Shown: piece after piece, positions 8,022-17,135 of the stretch
How positions within the stretch are numbered: position 1 is the stretch's first letter
Layout: each line of letters starts with the position of its first letter
Assembly (NCBI GenBank): GCA_034660595.1
Contig: JAYEJO010000095.1
Span: 1-37,929 of the forward strand
Reading direction: 5' to 3'
DNA length: 37,929 nt
Source of the DNA: Candidatus Caldatribacteriota bacterium
GTDB taxonomy: Bacteria; Atribacterota; Phoenicimicrobiia; Phoenicimicrobiales; Phoenicimicrobiaceae
Translations under genes and position numbers: made by a program
Notes under the pieces: model-generated
Seen by the model: the letters and a program-made list of their open reading frames with translations, nothing else
The model's database searches: none
Told to the model about the DNA's origin: nothing

Positions 8022-10370
8022 CTAGTAAGTCACTTTCAATATCTCATTATGACGAAGAAAATAATCTTTGCCATAAATTTCCACAAGCAATGGCTGTATT
8101 ATAGAAGATAGCGGCTTTAAGGTAATTGTATTTCTAGTAATATCAACACAATACTCTTCATTCTGCCACTTAATCTTAAATCTCAATCTTTTCCATTTTT
8201 CTGGTAGATGAGGATTAATTCTCAATCTTCCTTTATTTGTAATTCGAACTCCCGCAAAACCATTTACTACTGCCTGCCAGTTCCCGCCAAGTGAGGCCGC
8301 ATGAAGTCCATCCCAGGAACTTTTTAAATTTTCTCCTAAATCAATCCGTATTGATCTTTCAAAATATTCATATCCTTTTTTAATATCATCTATATCTAAA
8401 GCTAAAATAGCATGTATGCTTTGGCTTAATGAGGAGTCATGAAGAGTCCTTGGCTCATAATAATCCCAGTTAAGACGTTTAGTTTCTTGAGAAAAATCAT
8501 CACCTAAAAGATACAGAAGCATAATAATATCTGATTGTTTTAATACTTGCATCTGGGTGATTTCTTCCCAGTTATAATCCTGGGTAATTGCTCCTACTTT
8601 TCCTTTATATTTTAAAAGATCGACTTCCCTCTTATCTGTAAAACCTTCATACTGATGGATAAAACCTGAAGCGTTATCCATACCAATATATATCTTATCT
8701 GCCTTTTCTTTCCAGTCACTCAATTCATTCGAATTAAGTTTGATTTTAAAAGTAACTTTCTTCCATACTTCCAGTTGATTCGCTTTAACCCATTCAGAAA
8801 ATTGTATAGTTTTATTAAGCTGCCACTTTACCATGTAGTTTGTGAAGGTATTATTATTTATATGTTCACTATATTCATCCGGTCCGGTAACATCATTTAT
8901 TTCATATTGGTCTTTTTCCGGATTATACTCCAATCTGCTTGCCCAGAAACGAGAGGTTTCCAACATAATTTCTAACCCATAGTTGTACATAAAATCATGA
9001 TCACAGGTTGCCTGGAAATAATGCCAAATACTGTATACTATATCACAAGTTATATGTTGCTCTAACTCACCAGTCCATATCCTTTGAGGTTTACCTGTTT
9101 TAAAATCTACCCCACCCCATTTAGGAGTAACCTCTCTTCCTGTATCCGCACATTCCCAGGGATACATAGCACCCTTAAAACCATTTTCTTTAGCTTTTTC
9201 CCTTGCTCCATCCAAAAAGTGATAACGATAAAAAAGTAATCTTCTGGCAATCTCCGGAAAAGTATAAATAAGGAAAGGAAGGATAAAGATTTCCATATCC
9301 CAGAATACATGACCTTTGTAGCCTTCGCCGGAAAGTCCTTTTGCCGCAATACTTAATCTCTCATCATGAACAGGGGTCATCTGATAGATGTGAAATTGAG
9401 AGAAACGAATGGCTAATTGGTCAAAATCTGGTCCATCAAGAACAATATCAATCTGTTCCCAAAGTTGATTCCATCTTTTTTTGTGGGCTTCAAAAAGCTT
9501 ATCATAACCAATTTCTATAAGTTTTTTTAAATTATCTATCGCTGTCTTCTCTATTTCTTTGTCTGAAAGTTTTTCTTTCCCCTTAAAATCAGGATCACGG
9601 GTTGTATATACGATAACCATTTTTGTAAAACTAAACTCTTCATTCTGTTTAATTTTATATCGGGAAGATAAAAAAATCTTTCTTCGTTGACTTCCTACTT
9701 CTTCTTTTACTTCTGATGTCTCGCCATTCAAATAAAAAATGTGTTTGGTAGCAACAACGAGACCGATGTTTGATTCCTGGGTCCTGGAAGTCATTGAGAT
9801 AATCCCTTCAGGAGAAAATCGTAATTTTCCTTCTTTAAAATGCTGTACCCCGCTATTGGTAACCTGCCCATTAATTCCTGAACAAATTTCAATATCTCCG
9901 GAATAATTAAGGGGAATAATCTTTACTTTTAGGGCAGCAAAATGTATATTATCCAGAGATACAAATCTTTCAAAGGTTAATCGCATTTTCTTGCCTTTTG
10001 GACTTTTCCATTCAATATTCCTTATCAGTTGTCCATCTTTAATATTAAGTTGTCTTCGATATGATAGAATTTTACCGGTCTTTAAATTGAATTTTTCGCC
10101 GTCTAATTTTAATTCTATATTTAACCAATCATGAATATTAGCTAATTCTGTAACTTCTCCAGGAAATTTATCGAATACTCCGGCGACATAACATCCTCTT
10201 GCTTCTTCTTGGTAAGTTTCTTCTGTTGCTGCCCTTACTCCTATATAACCATTGCCAAGAGTAAAGATTGTTTCATATTTTTCTAAATACTCTGGTTGAA
10301 AATCGGCTTCTCCTACTATCCAATTTCGGTATTCATTTTTTCCAATATCATATTTAATTATCATAAACAA
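8022..10370 (-). CDS. GH65 alpha-glucoside phosphorylase (kojibiose/trehalose phosphorylase-like)
   Basis: LGNGYIGVR, AKGLSGEGYKGHVFWD, GAMYPWE, catalytic GPDEY, KQSD, HDSSLS. Confidence 0.93.
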   Translation of the reverse strand: MFMIIKYDIGKNEYRNWIVGEADFQPEYLEKYETIFTLGNGYIGVRAATEETYQEEARGCYVAGVFDKFPGEVTELANIHDWLNIELKLDGEKFNLKTGKILSYRRQLNIKDGQLIRNIEWKSPKGKKMRLTFERFVSLDNIHFAALKVKIIPLNYSGDIEICSGINGQVTNSGVQHFKEGKLRFSPEGIISMTSRTQESNIGLVVATKHIFYLNGETSEVKEEVGSQRRKIFLSSRYKIKQNEEFSFTKMVIVYTTRDPDFKGKEKLSDKEIEKTAIDNLKKLIEIGYDKLFEAHKKRWNQLWEQIDIVLDGPDFDQLAIRFSQFHIYQMTPVHDERLSIAAKGLSGEGYKGHVFWDMEIFILPFLIYTFPEIARRLLFYRYHFLDGAREKAKENGFKGAMYPWECADTGREVTPKWGGVDFKTGKPQRIWTGELEQHITCDIVYSIWHYFQATCDHDFMYNYGLEIMLETSRFWASRLEYNPEKDQYEINDVTGPDEYSEHINNNTFTNYMVKWQLNKTIQFSEWVKANQLEVWKKVTFKIKLNSNELSDWKEKADKIYIGMDNASGFIHQYEGFTDKREVDLLKYKGKVGAITQDYNWEEITQMQVLKQSDIIMLLYLLGDDFSQETKRLNWDYYEPRTLHDSSLSQSIHAILALDIDDIKKGYEYFERSIRIDLGENLKSSWDGLHAASLGGNWQAVVNGFAGVRITNKGRLRINPHLPEKWKRLRFKIKWQNEEYCVDITRNTITLKPLSSIIQPLLVEIYGKDYFLRHNEILKVTY

Positions 10371-10390
10371 CCCCTATCTTGTATAAAAAT

Positions 10391-11776
10391 TTATCCCTTT
10401 ATCCCGCTGAAACTTGCTCCTTCTACAAAATAACGTTGAAAAACGATAAAGAGGATTATAATCGGTAAGGCTGAAATAATTGCTCCAGCCAGAATTGGCC
10501 CCCAATCAAAAGCTCCGGATGCATAGGTTTCTTTAAAACTCAACAGACCAATGGTTAAGGTAAATTTATCCATTGGTGAAGTTATTATTACTAAAGGCCA
10601 GAAAAAATCATTCCAAACTCCCTGGAAAGTTAAAATGGTTAGAGCTCCCAAAGCAGGTTTAGCCAGGGGCAGCATTATTTTTGAGAAAATTTGATAAGTA
10701 CTGGCACCATCAATACGGGCTGATTCTTCCATCTCTTTAGGTAACCCTTCAAAAAATTGTTTCATTATAAAAACTGCACTGGCACCTACTAAACCTGAAA
10801 TAATTAAACCGGTAAAAGTATTCAGAAGGCTTCCCCCGCCAAGCAATTTGGTTAATCCAAAAATACCGTCCCGTAATACCAGATAATTTGAAATAAAAGT
10901 TACCTGTCCGGGGATCATCATGGAAAAAAGTATTAAAACAAACAGATAATTTTTACCAAAAAAATTAAGTCTGGCTAAGGCATATCCAGCCATCGAAGCA
11001 AATGCCAGGGTGGTGATAACTTTAATTATACAAATGAAAAAGGAATTAAATATCCAGGTGGTAAAAAGGCTCTTCCCGGTAGTACGGCTATAATTTTCAT
11101 TAAAAACTCTAAAATGATTATGAAAAATGTAAGGGATGACTCCACTTACTAAATTATTCCAGCTCTGTATTCTTCCTAATCGTTCTATCCTATTCGGAGA
11201 AAGAGTAGCTGATAAAAAATCAACTTTATAGGGAACCAATAAATCTAACGGTAATTCATCAAAGTCTTTTTGGCTGGAATTTATTATAGTTATCTTATAA
11301 CTAATCAGTATACCATCATTATCTGAAACACGATTAATCTCTTCGACTGGTTTAGTTTTTACAAAATCAGCAACGAATTCCCTATCTAATTCTAAAGCAG
11401 CTCTTCCTGTCCCTTTAAATCTTTTTGGAACAGTCACCCGGGGTGGTACAATTCTAGTTCCCGTCGGATATTTAAAAGTAATCTGAAAAGAGACTTCACA
11501 ACCGGACTTCAATTCACCAAAAAAACCACTTCCTCCGCCTTGTCGGGCAAGCGTATAAGCTCCTATCCAATTTTTTGGTGATAATTGTTCAGTCTTTAGA
11601 GTAGGTGGCCAGCTACTGGGATTATCTTTTAAGCTCGAAAGCGCTCCAAAGAGAAAAGTCCCCATAAAAAGTACTGAGAATAGTAATAAAATTAAATAGA
11701 TTGCTCCCACATTCGTCCAACGCCTACGTTTAATTTTCAGATTTACATCACTGGCGCTATTTTGTTGGATTTTCAT
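10391..11776 (-). CDS. Carbohydrate ABC permease (MalG-like) with a large extracytoplasmic insertion
   Basis: EESARIDGAS EAA motif, WNDFFWPL; about 190-aa hydrophilic segment after TM1. Confidence 0.9.
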   Translation of the reverse strand: MKIQQNSASDVNLKIKRRRWTNVGAIYLILLLFSVLFMGTFLFGALSSLKDNPSSWPPTLKTEQLSPKNWIGAYTLARQGGGSGFFGELKSGCEVSFQITFKYPTGTRIVPPRVTVPKRFKGTGRAALELDREFVADFVKTKPVEEINRVSDNDGILISYKITIINSSQKDFDELPLDLLVPYKVDFLSATLSPNRIERLGRIQSWNNLVSGVIPYIFHNHFRVFNENYSRTTGKSLFTTWIFNSFFICIIKVITTLAFASMAGYALARLNFFGKNYLFVLILFSMMIPGQVTFISNYLVLRDGIFGLTKLLGGGSLLNTFTGLIISGLVGASAVFIMKQFFEGLPKEMEESARIDGASTYQIFSKIMLPLAKPALGALTILTFQGVWNDFFWPLVIITSPMDKFTLTIGLLSFKETYASGAFDWGPILAGAIISALPIIILFIVFQRYFVEGASFSGIKG

Positions 11777-12900
11777 TAATCTCTTAAATCCTTTCCTTCT
11801 CCGGAAAATTTTTTCTGGATCAGAACTATAGCCAGAGTTAAGACTGCTAATATAACAGCTGCAGCACTGGCCATACCAACTTTTGGTGCAGAAGCACCTG
11901 GAAATGCGCTATCATAAACATAATAAGCCAGGGTTATGGTGGATTCCAGGGGCGCTTGACTGCCTATAATTTTAACTTGATCAAACATCTGCAAGGTGCC
12001 GATTAATCCCAAGGTAACTACTAAAAAAGTTATATGTTTAAGTTGTGGAACGGTGATATACCATAATTTTTGCCAACCTTTAGCTCCATCTACCTCGGCA
12101 GCTTCATATAAGGCTTTAGGGATACCCTGTAATCCGGCTAAATATAGTATCATAAATGTGGGAATAGTAGTCCAGATATTCAAAATCATAATAGCACCAA
12201 GGGGTCGTGGAAAAGCAAAGAGGCCTGCCCAGGAAGGAACTTTTTCCCTGGTATTTAACCAAAAGATGTCGACTGCTTTTACTTCAGCAAGTTTAATAAT
12301 ACCAAAATCTTTAAGTATATAGGTAATAATGGAAGCTAAAATAATAGATATAATAATATAACTGGGTTCAAGATATTCAACTGTCCTTCCCCTTAATTTT
12401 TCTTTTAATACTAATAAAAATTGTATCCCTGCCAAGAGTGCCAGAAAAATTCCTATTATTAAACCATACTGATGAAATAGAGTTAAAAGATAATTAATAA
12501 CTCCTTTTCTTTGAAACATCCACATGAAAATTAGAGTAATAACGATGCTGGAAGTAACGCTGGGCATATAATAAGCAGTTCTAAAAAAATTAATTCCTTT
12601 TATTTTTTGATTCATAACCACTGCCAGAAGTAATGCAAATATGGTCTGGAAAGTAGTAACAATAATAGAAAAGGTTAATGAATTTTTCAGAGCTGTGGTA
12701 AATAAACGTTCTTTAAAGAGATTTATATAATTTGTAATACCAACCCAATTGGCTACGGAAAAAAGATCATAATCGGTAAAACTAAAATATAATGACCTGA
12801 TAAAAGCATAGCTAAAAAATATTATAAATCCAAATAAAAAAGGAGATAAAAGAACGTAAGGAGCTGTTTTCTCATTTAAAGAGCTCCATCTATTTCCCAT
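11776..12900 (-). CDS. Carbohydrate ABC permease (MalF-like)
   Basis: LYEAAEVDGA EAA motif, SFTDY, FRTAYYMP; stop overlaps the next start (TAATG). Confidence 0.92.
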   Translation of the reverse strand: MGNRWSSLNEKTAPYVLLSPFLFGFIIFFSYAFIRSLYFSFTDYDLFSVANWVGITNYINLFKERLFTTALKNSLTFSIIVTTFQTIFALLLAVVMNQKIKGINFFRTAYYMPSVTSSIVITLIFMWMFQRKGVINYLLTLFHQYGLIIGIFLALLAGIQFLLVLKEKLRGRTVEYLEPSYIIISIILASIITYILKDFGIIKLAEVKAVDIFWLNTREKVPSWAGLFAFPRPLGAIMILNIWTTIPTFMILYLAGLQGIPKALYEAAEVDGAKGWQKLWYITVPQLKHITFLVVTLGLIGTLQMFDQVKIIGSQAPLESTITLAYYVYDSAFPGASAPKVGMASAAAVILAVLTLAIVLIQKKFSGEGKDLRD

Positions 12901-12970
12901 TCTTTTAACCTCCGCTTATTATTCTAACATTATCTTAATTTTAATAAAAATTAAAAAAACAAATAAATGA

Positions 12971-13010
12971 AATAAAAAGGGGAAGAGACGATCCTCTCCC
13001 CCTTTTTATT
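12971..13010 (-). terminator. Stem-loop 3' of the SBP gene (partial terminator or stabiliser)
   Basis: aataaaaaggggaagag-acgatc-ctctccccctttttatt, with a U-tract on the minus strand. Confidence 0.75.
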
Positions 13011-13019
13011 AAGTTCTTA

Positions 13020-14270
13020 TTATTTCATTAACTCGTCTAATTGTTCCTGGGCTATCTCTAGTGCTTCATCAGCTGTCTTCTGTCCACTCATTACCTCAGA
13101 TAAAGCTACATTAATCGGGTCCATCCATTTGCCGCCATATTCTTTAAACTTAAATGGTTTTACATTTCCTGCAGACGCACCAAGAAAAACTATTTTATTG
13201 GCTTGTGCTTCCGCTGTATCTTTTTTGAAATAAGGATTATCGGCTAAAGCCTTACGACTTGGTATAGCTAATCCTCGCTCTAAAACCCATTGCTGAGCCG
13301 CTGGACTGGTTAATGCTTCCATTACTTTAAAGGCGGCATCTTTATTCTTAGAATTTGCATTTATACCCCAGGCTACAGTATAAATAAAATTACCTGACTG
13401 ACCAGTTCCGGGGTTTTTAGGTAATAAAGTTGCCCCGTATTTTAAGTTAGGGGCATTATCTCTTAAGAAACCGAGAATCCAGGCACCCTCTAAAGCAGCA
13501 GCTACTTTTTCAGTAGTAAGGGTACCTCCACCCCAACCCTGTCCAATATCAGCTGGCATAACTCCTAAGCCTTTTTCTTTTAATCCGGTATACCAGTTAA
13601 ATGCTTCTTTGAAAGCCGGGTCCATAAGATTAGTTTTACCGTCTACAAAGGGTTCCCAACCAGCAGCATAGGCAAATGCTCCAAATCTGGCAAATTCAGG
13701 TGCCAATGCTAAACCAGTTACTTCACCATCAAAGGCTTCCACAACTTTTGCTAATTTATTTTCTAAATCATCCCAGGTATCATTTTCATTAGGATATTGT
13801 ATGTAAGCAACATCAAAAAGGTCCTTATTGTAGACTAAGGCAAGGGAATTAAAATCTTTCGGAATACCATATACTTTACCTTCAAAGGTAAATGCATCCA
13901 ATAGTGAAGGAATTATATCGTCTTTATTTAATACCTCTGATTTAGCTAAATAATTATCCAGGGGTTCCACTTGGCCTGCTTTAATTATATATTCTGCCCA
14001 GAAGATATCCATATAAAACAGATCTCCAGCTGTGCCGGCAGAAAGGGAATTAATCAAATTCTTCTGAAAATCATCAACAATTGGTTCATAAACTGCTGTG
14101 ATTCCTTTGTCAGCTAATTCAGGAACCACAAACTTATTAATTAATTCTTCTACGATAGACTGATCGGTTCCACCCCAACCTACGATTCTTACCTCAGTTT
14201 CCGCCATGCTTACAGCAGAAAAAACAAGCAGCATGGTTACGATTAATAAAATACTTAAATTCTTTTTCAT
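13020..14270 (-). CDS. Sugar ABC solute-binding protein (CUT1 family)
   Basis: Signal peptide (...AVSMA), GDLFYMD, YGIPKD, YNKDLF and EGAW motifs. Confidence 0.92.
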   Translation of the reverse strand: MKKNLSILLIVTMLLVFSAVSMAETEVRIVGWGGTDQSIVEELINKFVVPELADKGITAVYEPIVDDFQKNLINSLSAGTAGDLFYMDIFWAEYIIKAGQVEPLDNYLAKSEVLNKDDIIPSLLDAFTFEGKVYGIPKDFNSLALVYNKDLFDVAYIQYPNENDTWDDLENKLAKVVEAFDGEVTGLALAPEFARFGAFAYAAGWEPFVDGKTNLMDPAFKEAFNWYTGLKEKGLGVMPADIGQGWGGGTLTTEKVAAALEGAWILGFLRDNAPNLKYGATLLPKNPGTGQSGNFIYTVAWGINANSKNKDAAFKVMEALTSPAAQQWVLERGLAIPSRKALADNPYFKKDTAEAQANKIVFLGASAGNVKPFKFKEYGGKWMDPINVALSEVMSGQKTADEALEIAQEQLDELMK

Positions 14271-14392
14271 TTTTCTCCTCCATAAAATTTATTTTCAAAA
14301 TTACCGAACGAGTATACATCTGTAATAATTTTTACAGCATCTATCCCCTCCTTTCATTTTTTAAATTTACTCTCGAGTATTTCTTTAAGTTG

Positions 14393-15421
14393 TCAATCTA
14401 ATTTATTAATATTAACGGCGCTACAGGAATCTCTAATTATCAACTTTGGTTCTAACAAATATTTTTTTTGTGGTTCTTGTTTTTTTAACTTATTTAAGAT
14501 TAATCTCACAGACCATTTCCCCATACCAACAGCATCCTGTCCAACGGTAGTTAACCTCGGCATGGAATAATCTCCCATAGGGATATTATCAAACCCAACA
14601 ATAGACATATCTGTAGGTAAATTAAAACTATTTTTTTTAAAGGCTCTCATGGCTCCCAATGCCATCAAATCACTGGCAATGAAAATCGCAGTTGGCAGTT
14701 TTTCTAACTTCATTATCTTTTCTGCACATTGATAGCCGCTATCTTCGGTAAAATCCCCTGTAAAAACCAATCTCTCATCGTAAACTTCTCTCTCTTCTAA
14801 ATAACCTTGATAAGCATTTAATCTATCCCAGGAAACCTGAGCATTGCAATGACCATTAATCATAGCTATTTTACGATGGCCAAGTTTCCATAAATAATCT
14901 AAAGCTAACCGAACACCTAATTTATTATCAGTGCTGACAAAATTAACGTTTTCACCTTCTATAAAAGTATCGATAATTGAAATAGGGAAAGTAGAATTCT
15001 TAATTTTCTTGATATGGGGATCATCTAATCGTAAGCCCGTAAATATTGCTCCTTCAGCCCTTCGTTCCTTACATAATTCTATATATGACTTTTCGTTTAG
15101 AAGGTCGCTATCAATGGAAAAAAGAACGATGTCATAATCGTTTGTATTAGCTTCTTCTAAGATACCACCTAAAAACTGTAAACCTAAATCATTACTAAAA
15201 GTATGTTCCTGTCTGCTAAATACAAACACACCAATTGTATTGCTTTTATTGGTTACTAATCTTTTTGCAATTGAATTAGGGGTGTAATCCAACTCTTTTG
15301 CCGTTTCACGAACCTTTCTTTTAAGCTTTTCACTTATATCTTTTCTGTTATTTAAGGCTTTAGAAACTGCTGCGGCGGAAATTCCTAATTTTTTAGCAAT
15401 GTCTTTAATGTTAGAACTCAT
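14393..15421 (-). CDS. LacI-family transcriptional regulator
   Basis: NIKDIAKKLGISAAAVSKALN HTH, YTPN, SIVGFD, IIRDS; likely start is ATG 15421 (AAAGGAG upstream) rather than 15478. Confidence 0.93.
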   Translation of the reverse strand: MSSNIKDIAKKLGISAAAVSKALNNRKDISEKLKRKVRETAKELDYTPNSIAKRLVTNKSNTIGVFVFSRQEHTFSNDLGLQFLGGILEEANTNDYDIVLFSIDSDLLNEKSYIELCKERRAEGAIFTGLRLDDPHIKKIKNSTFPISIIDTFIEGENVNFVSTDNKLGVRLALDYLWKLGHRKIAMINGHCNAQVSWDRLNAYQGYLEEREVYDERLVFTGDFTEDSGYQCAEKIMKLEKLPTAIFIASDLMALGAMRAFKKNSFNLPTDMSIVGFDNIPMGDYSMPRLTTVGQDAVGMGKWSVRLILNKLKKQEPQKKYLLEPKLIIRDSCSAVNINKLD

Positions 15422-15435
15422 CGAGGGGGTTTCTC

Positions 15436-15528
15436 CTTTAACGTTTAAGTAATTTACTAAAAAAATATAATCTTTCAATTACCAAGTGTTTAAAATTTAA
15501 AATTTGAGGGTTTCTTTAACGTTTAAGT
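15436..15528. promoter_or_regulatory. Two identical LacI-type operators, CTTTAACGTTTAAGT (15436-15450 and 15514-15528)
   Basis: Exact 15-bp duplicate, quasi-palindromic about a central CG; one copy overlaps the lacI RBS, the other lies just after the promoter. Confidence 0.75.
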
Positions 15529-15541
15529 GTATTGCTTAATA

Positions 15542-15570
15542 ATAATACACCATAAAATAAAAAAATGCAA
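15542..15570 (-). promoter_or_regulatory. Sigma70-type promoter of the lacI-ABC-GH65-pgmB operon
   Basis: TTGCAT-N17-TATTAT on the minus strand. Confidence 0.6.
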
Positions 15571-15623
15571 ATTATTTTTTCGTATCTAATTTTCCATTCG
15601 TAAATAGAGTAAAATATTATTTT

Positions 15624-15758
15624 TGTCATTCCGCACTTGATGCAAAATCCACAAGTAGGGGCGTATTGCAATACGCCCCTACAATAATAGATTCCCGCTA
15701 CAGTTTACACTCACACCCACTTTCGTGAGTGTAAACTGCAATGGGAGCGGGAATGACA
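15624..15758. mobile_element. MITE/REPIN-like composite repeat with TGTCATTCC...GGAATGACA ends
   Basis: Terminal inverted repeats; internal perfect 28-bp palindrome GTAGGGGCGTATTGCAATACGCCCCTAC (15655-15682); nested 14-bp stem (15701-15738). Confidence 0.6.
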
Positions 15759-15783
15759 CTGACAAAGCAAAAATTACATTACC

Positions 15784-15810
15784 ACCTGGCACTCAATTTG
15801 AGTGCCAGGT
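15784..15810. repeat. Perfect palindrome/hairpin
   Basis: acctggcactcaa-t-ttgagtgccaggt; may terminate the upstream TIM-barrel gene. Confidence 0.65.
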
Positions 15811-15916
15811 AGATTTCTAAGTTTAATCAAAAAATATTTAATTTACTGAACAAGCTTTAAATATATTGGTTTCATTTAAGAGGAAATAATTTTAACTGTG
15901 ATATTGATCTGTTTTT

Positions 15917-17014
15917 CTAATGATGGTGCTTGGAAAAAGGTGAGATTTTTTTTATCTTGTGGTTGTTATTAGTGCTTTCTACAAGTTCCTCGAGTTTTTG
16001 TAAGCTATATTTATAAAATTTCTTATAGCGGGGTTTTAATTCCAAATTTAATACTCCCTGATAATTCTTTAGAATACGGAATATTTTATTATAAGGAATC
16101 GCCCCCCAACCTACAGGCATATGTAAATCGCCAATACCAAACTGAATCAGATTAATGTCCTGTTCTTCATATGACAGTTTGGGTTTACCGAAACAATCGT
16201 GAATATGCACATGTTTTATATATGGTAGGGCTAATTTTATAGAATCCAAAAATTTGAAGTGATAATATTTAGAAGCCAGATAAGCATGGCCAAAATCGAA
16301 AGTAATTCCTACATTCTCGCGATCAATCTTCTTAACTTGTTCAACTAATTCTTTAATCTTTGTGCCATAATTATATTTACTAATTTCTCGTAATAAAGTG
16401 GGCTTTGGTGTTTTTGGAGTAAGAACTGAGGGAGGAAGCATTTTATCATTTTTAAATCGTTTTGATAATTCCCAGATAGACTCTTCTTCTACATCTGGAG
16501 AGAGATTTTCAATAGCAATGGTTACTCCTAAATCTTTAGCAAAAGTAGCTAATTCTTGTAAGGTTTTTATTTCTATCTTCTTTAATCTATTAATTTTTCT
16601 TGGAGAAGGTAACTTTAAAAATTTATTTTGTATAATGTTCTTAGTTTTAATTTCTTCCTGTAAAGGAATTTTCCCACTATGGTATACAAAAATTTCTGCG
16701 CCTATAGCATTAGTAAACTCAATTCCCGACTTAAAGATATCCTTTTGTAACTGAAAATTGCTGGGATCCATTAGATTTAATAGATTAGGACCATGAACAG
16801 TGTATTTTAATTTAAATTTCTTCAGGATGTCTGTAATGACCCTGGTCTGCAGCCAATTTAGCCTCCCCTTGAAGATAGCATCAACTCCATGGACAGGTAT
16901 CTCTACATAATCAAAGCCTATATCCTGAAAATCGCCTAAAGCCTCTTCAAATAAATCCAAATCTCCATCTATTGTAGGGGAATCTATATTTATTCCAATC
17001 CCTTTTATATGCAT
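15917..17014 (-). CDS. Xylose-isomerase-like/AP-endonuclease-2 TIM-barrel metalloenzyme with a full EndoIV-type ligand set
   Basis: TVHGP, VYHSG, IEN, FDFGH, HIHD, GDLH, LEL. Confidence 0.8.
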   Translation of the reverse strand: MHIKGIGINIDSPTIDGDLDLFEEALGDFQDIGFDYVEIPVHGVDAIFKGRLNWLQTRVITDILKKFKLKYTVHGPNLLNLMDPSNFQLQKDIFKSGIEFTNAIGAEIFVYHSGKIPLQEEIKTKNIIQNKFLKLPSPRKINRLKKIEIKTLQELATFAKDLGVTIAIENLSPDVEEESIWELSKRFKNDKMLPPSVLTPKTPKPTLLREISKYNYGTKIKELVEQVKKIDRENVGITFDFGHAYLASKYYHFKFLDSIKLALPYIKHVHIHDCFGKPKLSYEEQDINLIQFGIGDLHMPVGWGAIPYNKIFRILKNYQGVLNLELKPRYKKFYKYSLQKLEELVESTNNNHKIKKISPFSKHHH

Positions 17015-17057
17015 ATCTCCATCTACAAACCAAATATATTTTTACTAATTATTTCAC

Positions 17058-17085
17058 ATTATAGCACAATCAATTTCATATACAA
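17058..17085 (-). promoter_or_regulatory. Possible internal promoter for the TIM-barrel gene
   Basis: TTGTAT-N16-TATAAT with an extended TGn. Confidence 0.4.
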
Positions 17086-17135
17086 GGCCTTCACAGTCTT
17101 TACATAAATATATTTTAAAACTTTTTTAAAACTTT

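Noticed and set aside
15422-15478. N-terminal extension of LacI in the ORF track
   Set aside because: It spans the operator and RBS; ATG 15421 gives a normal HTH start
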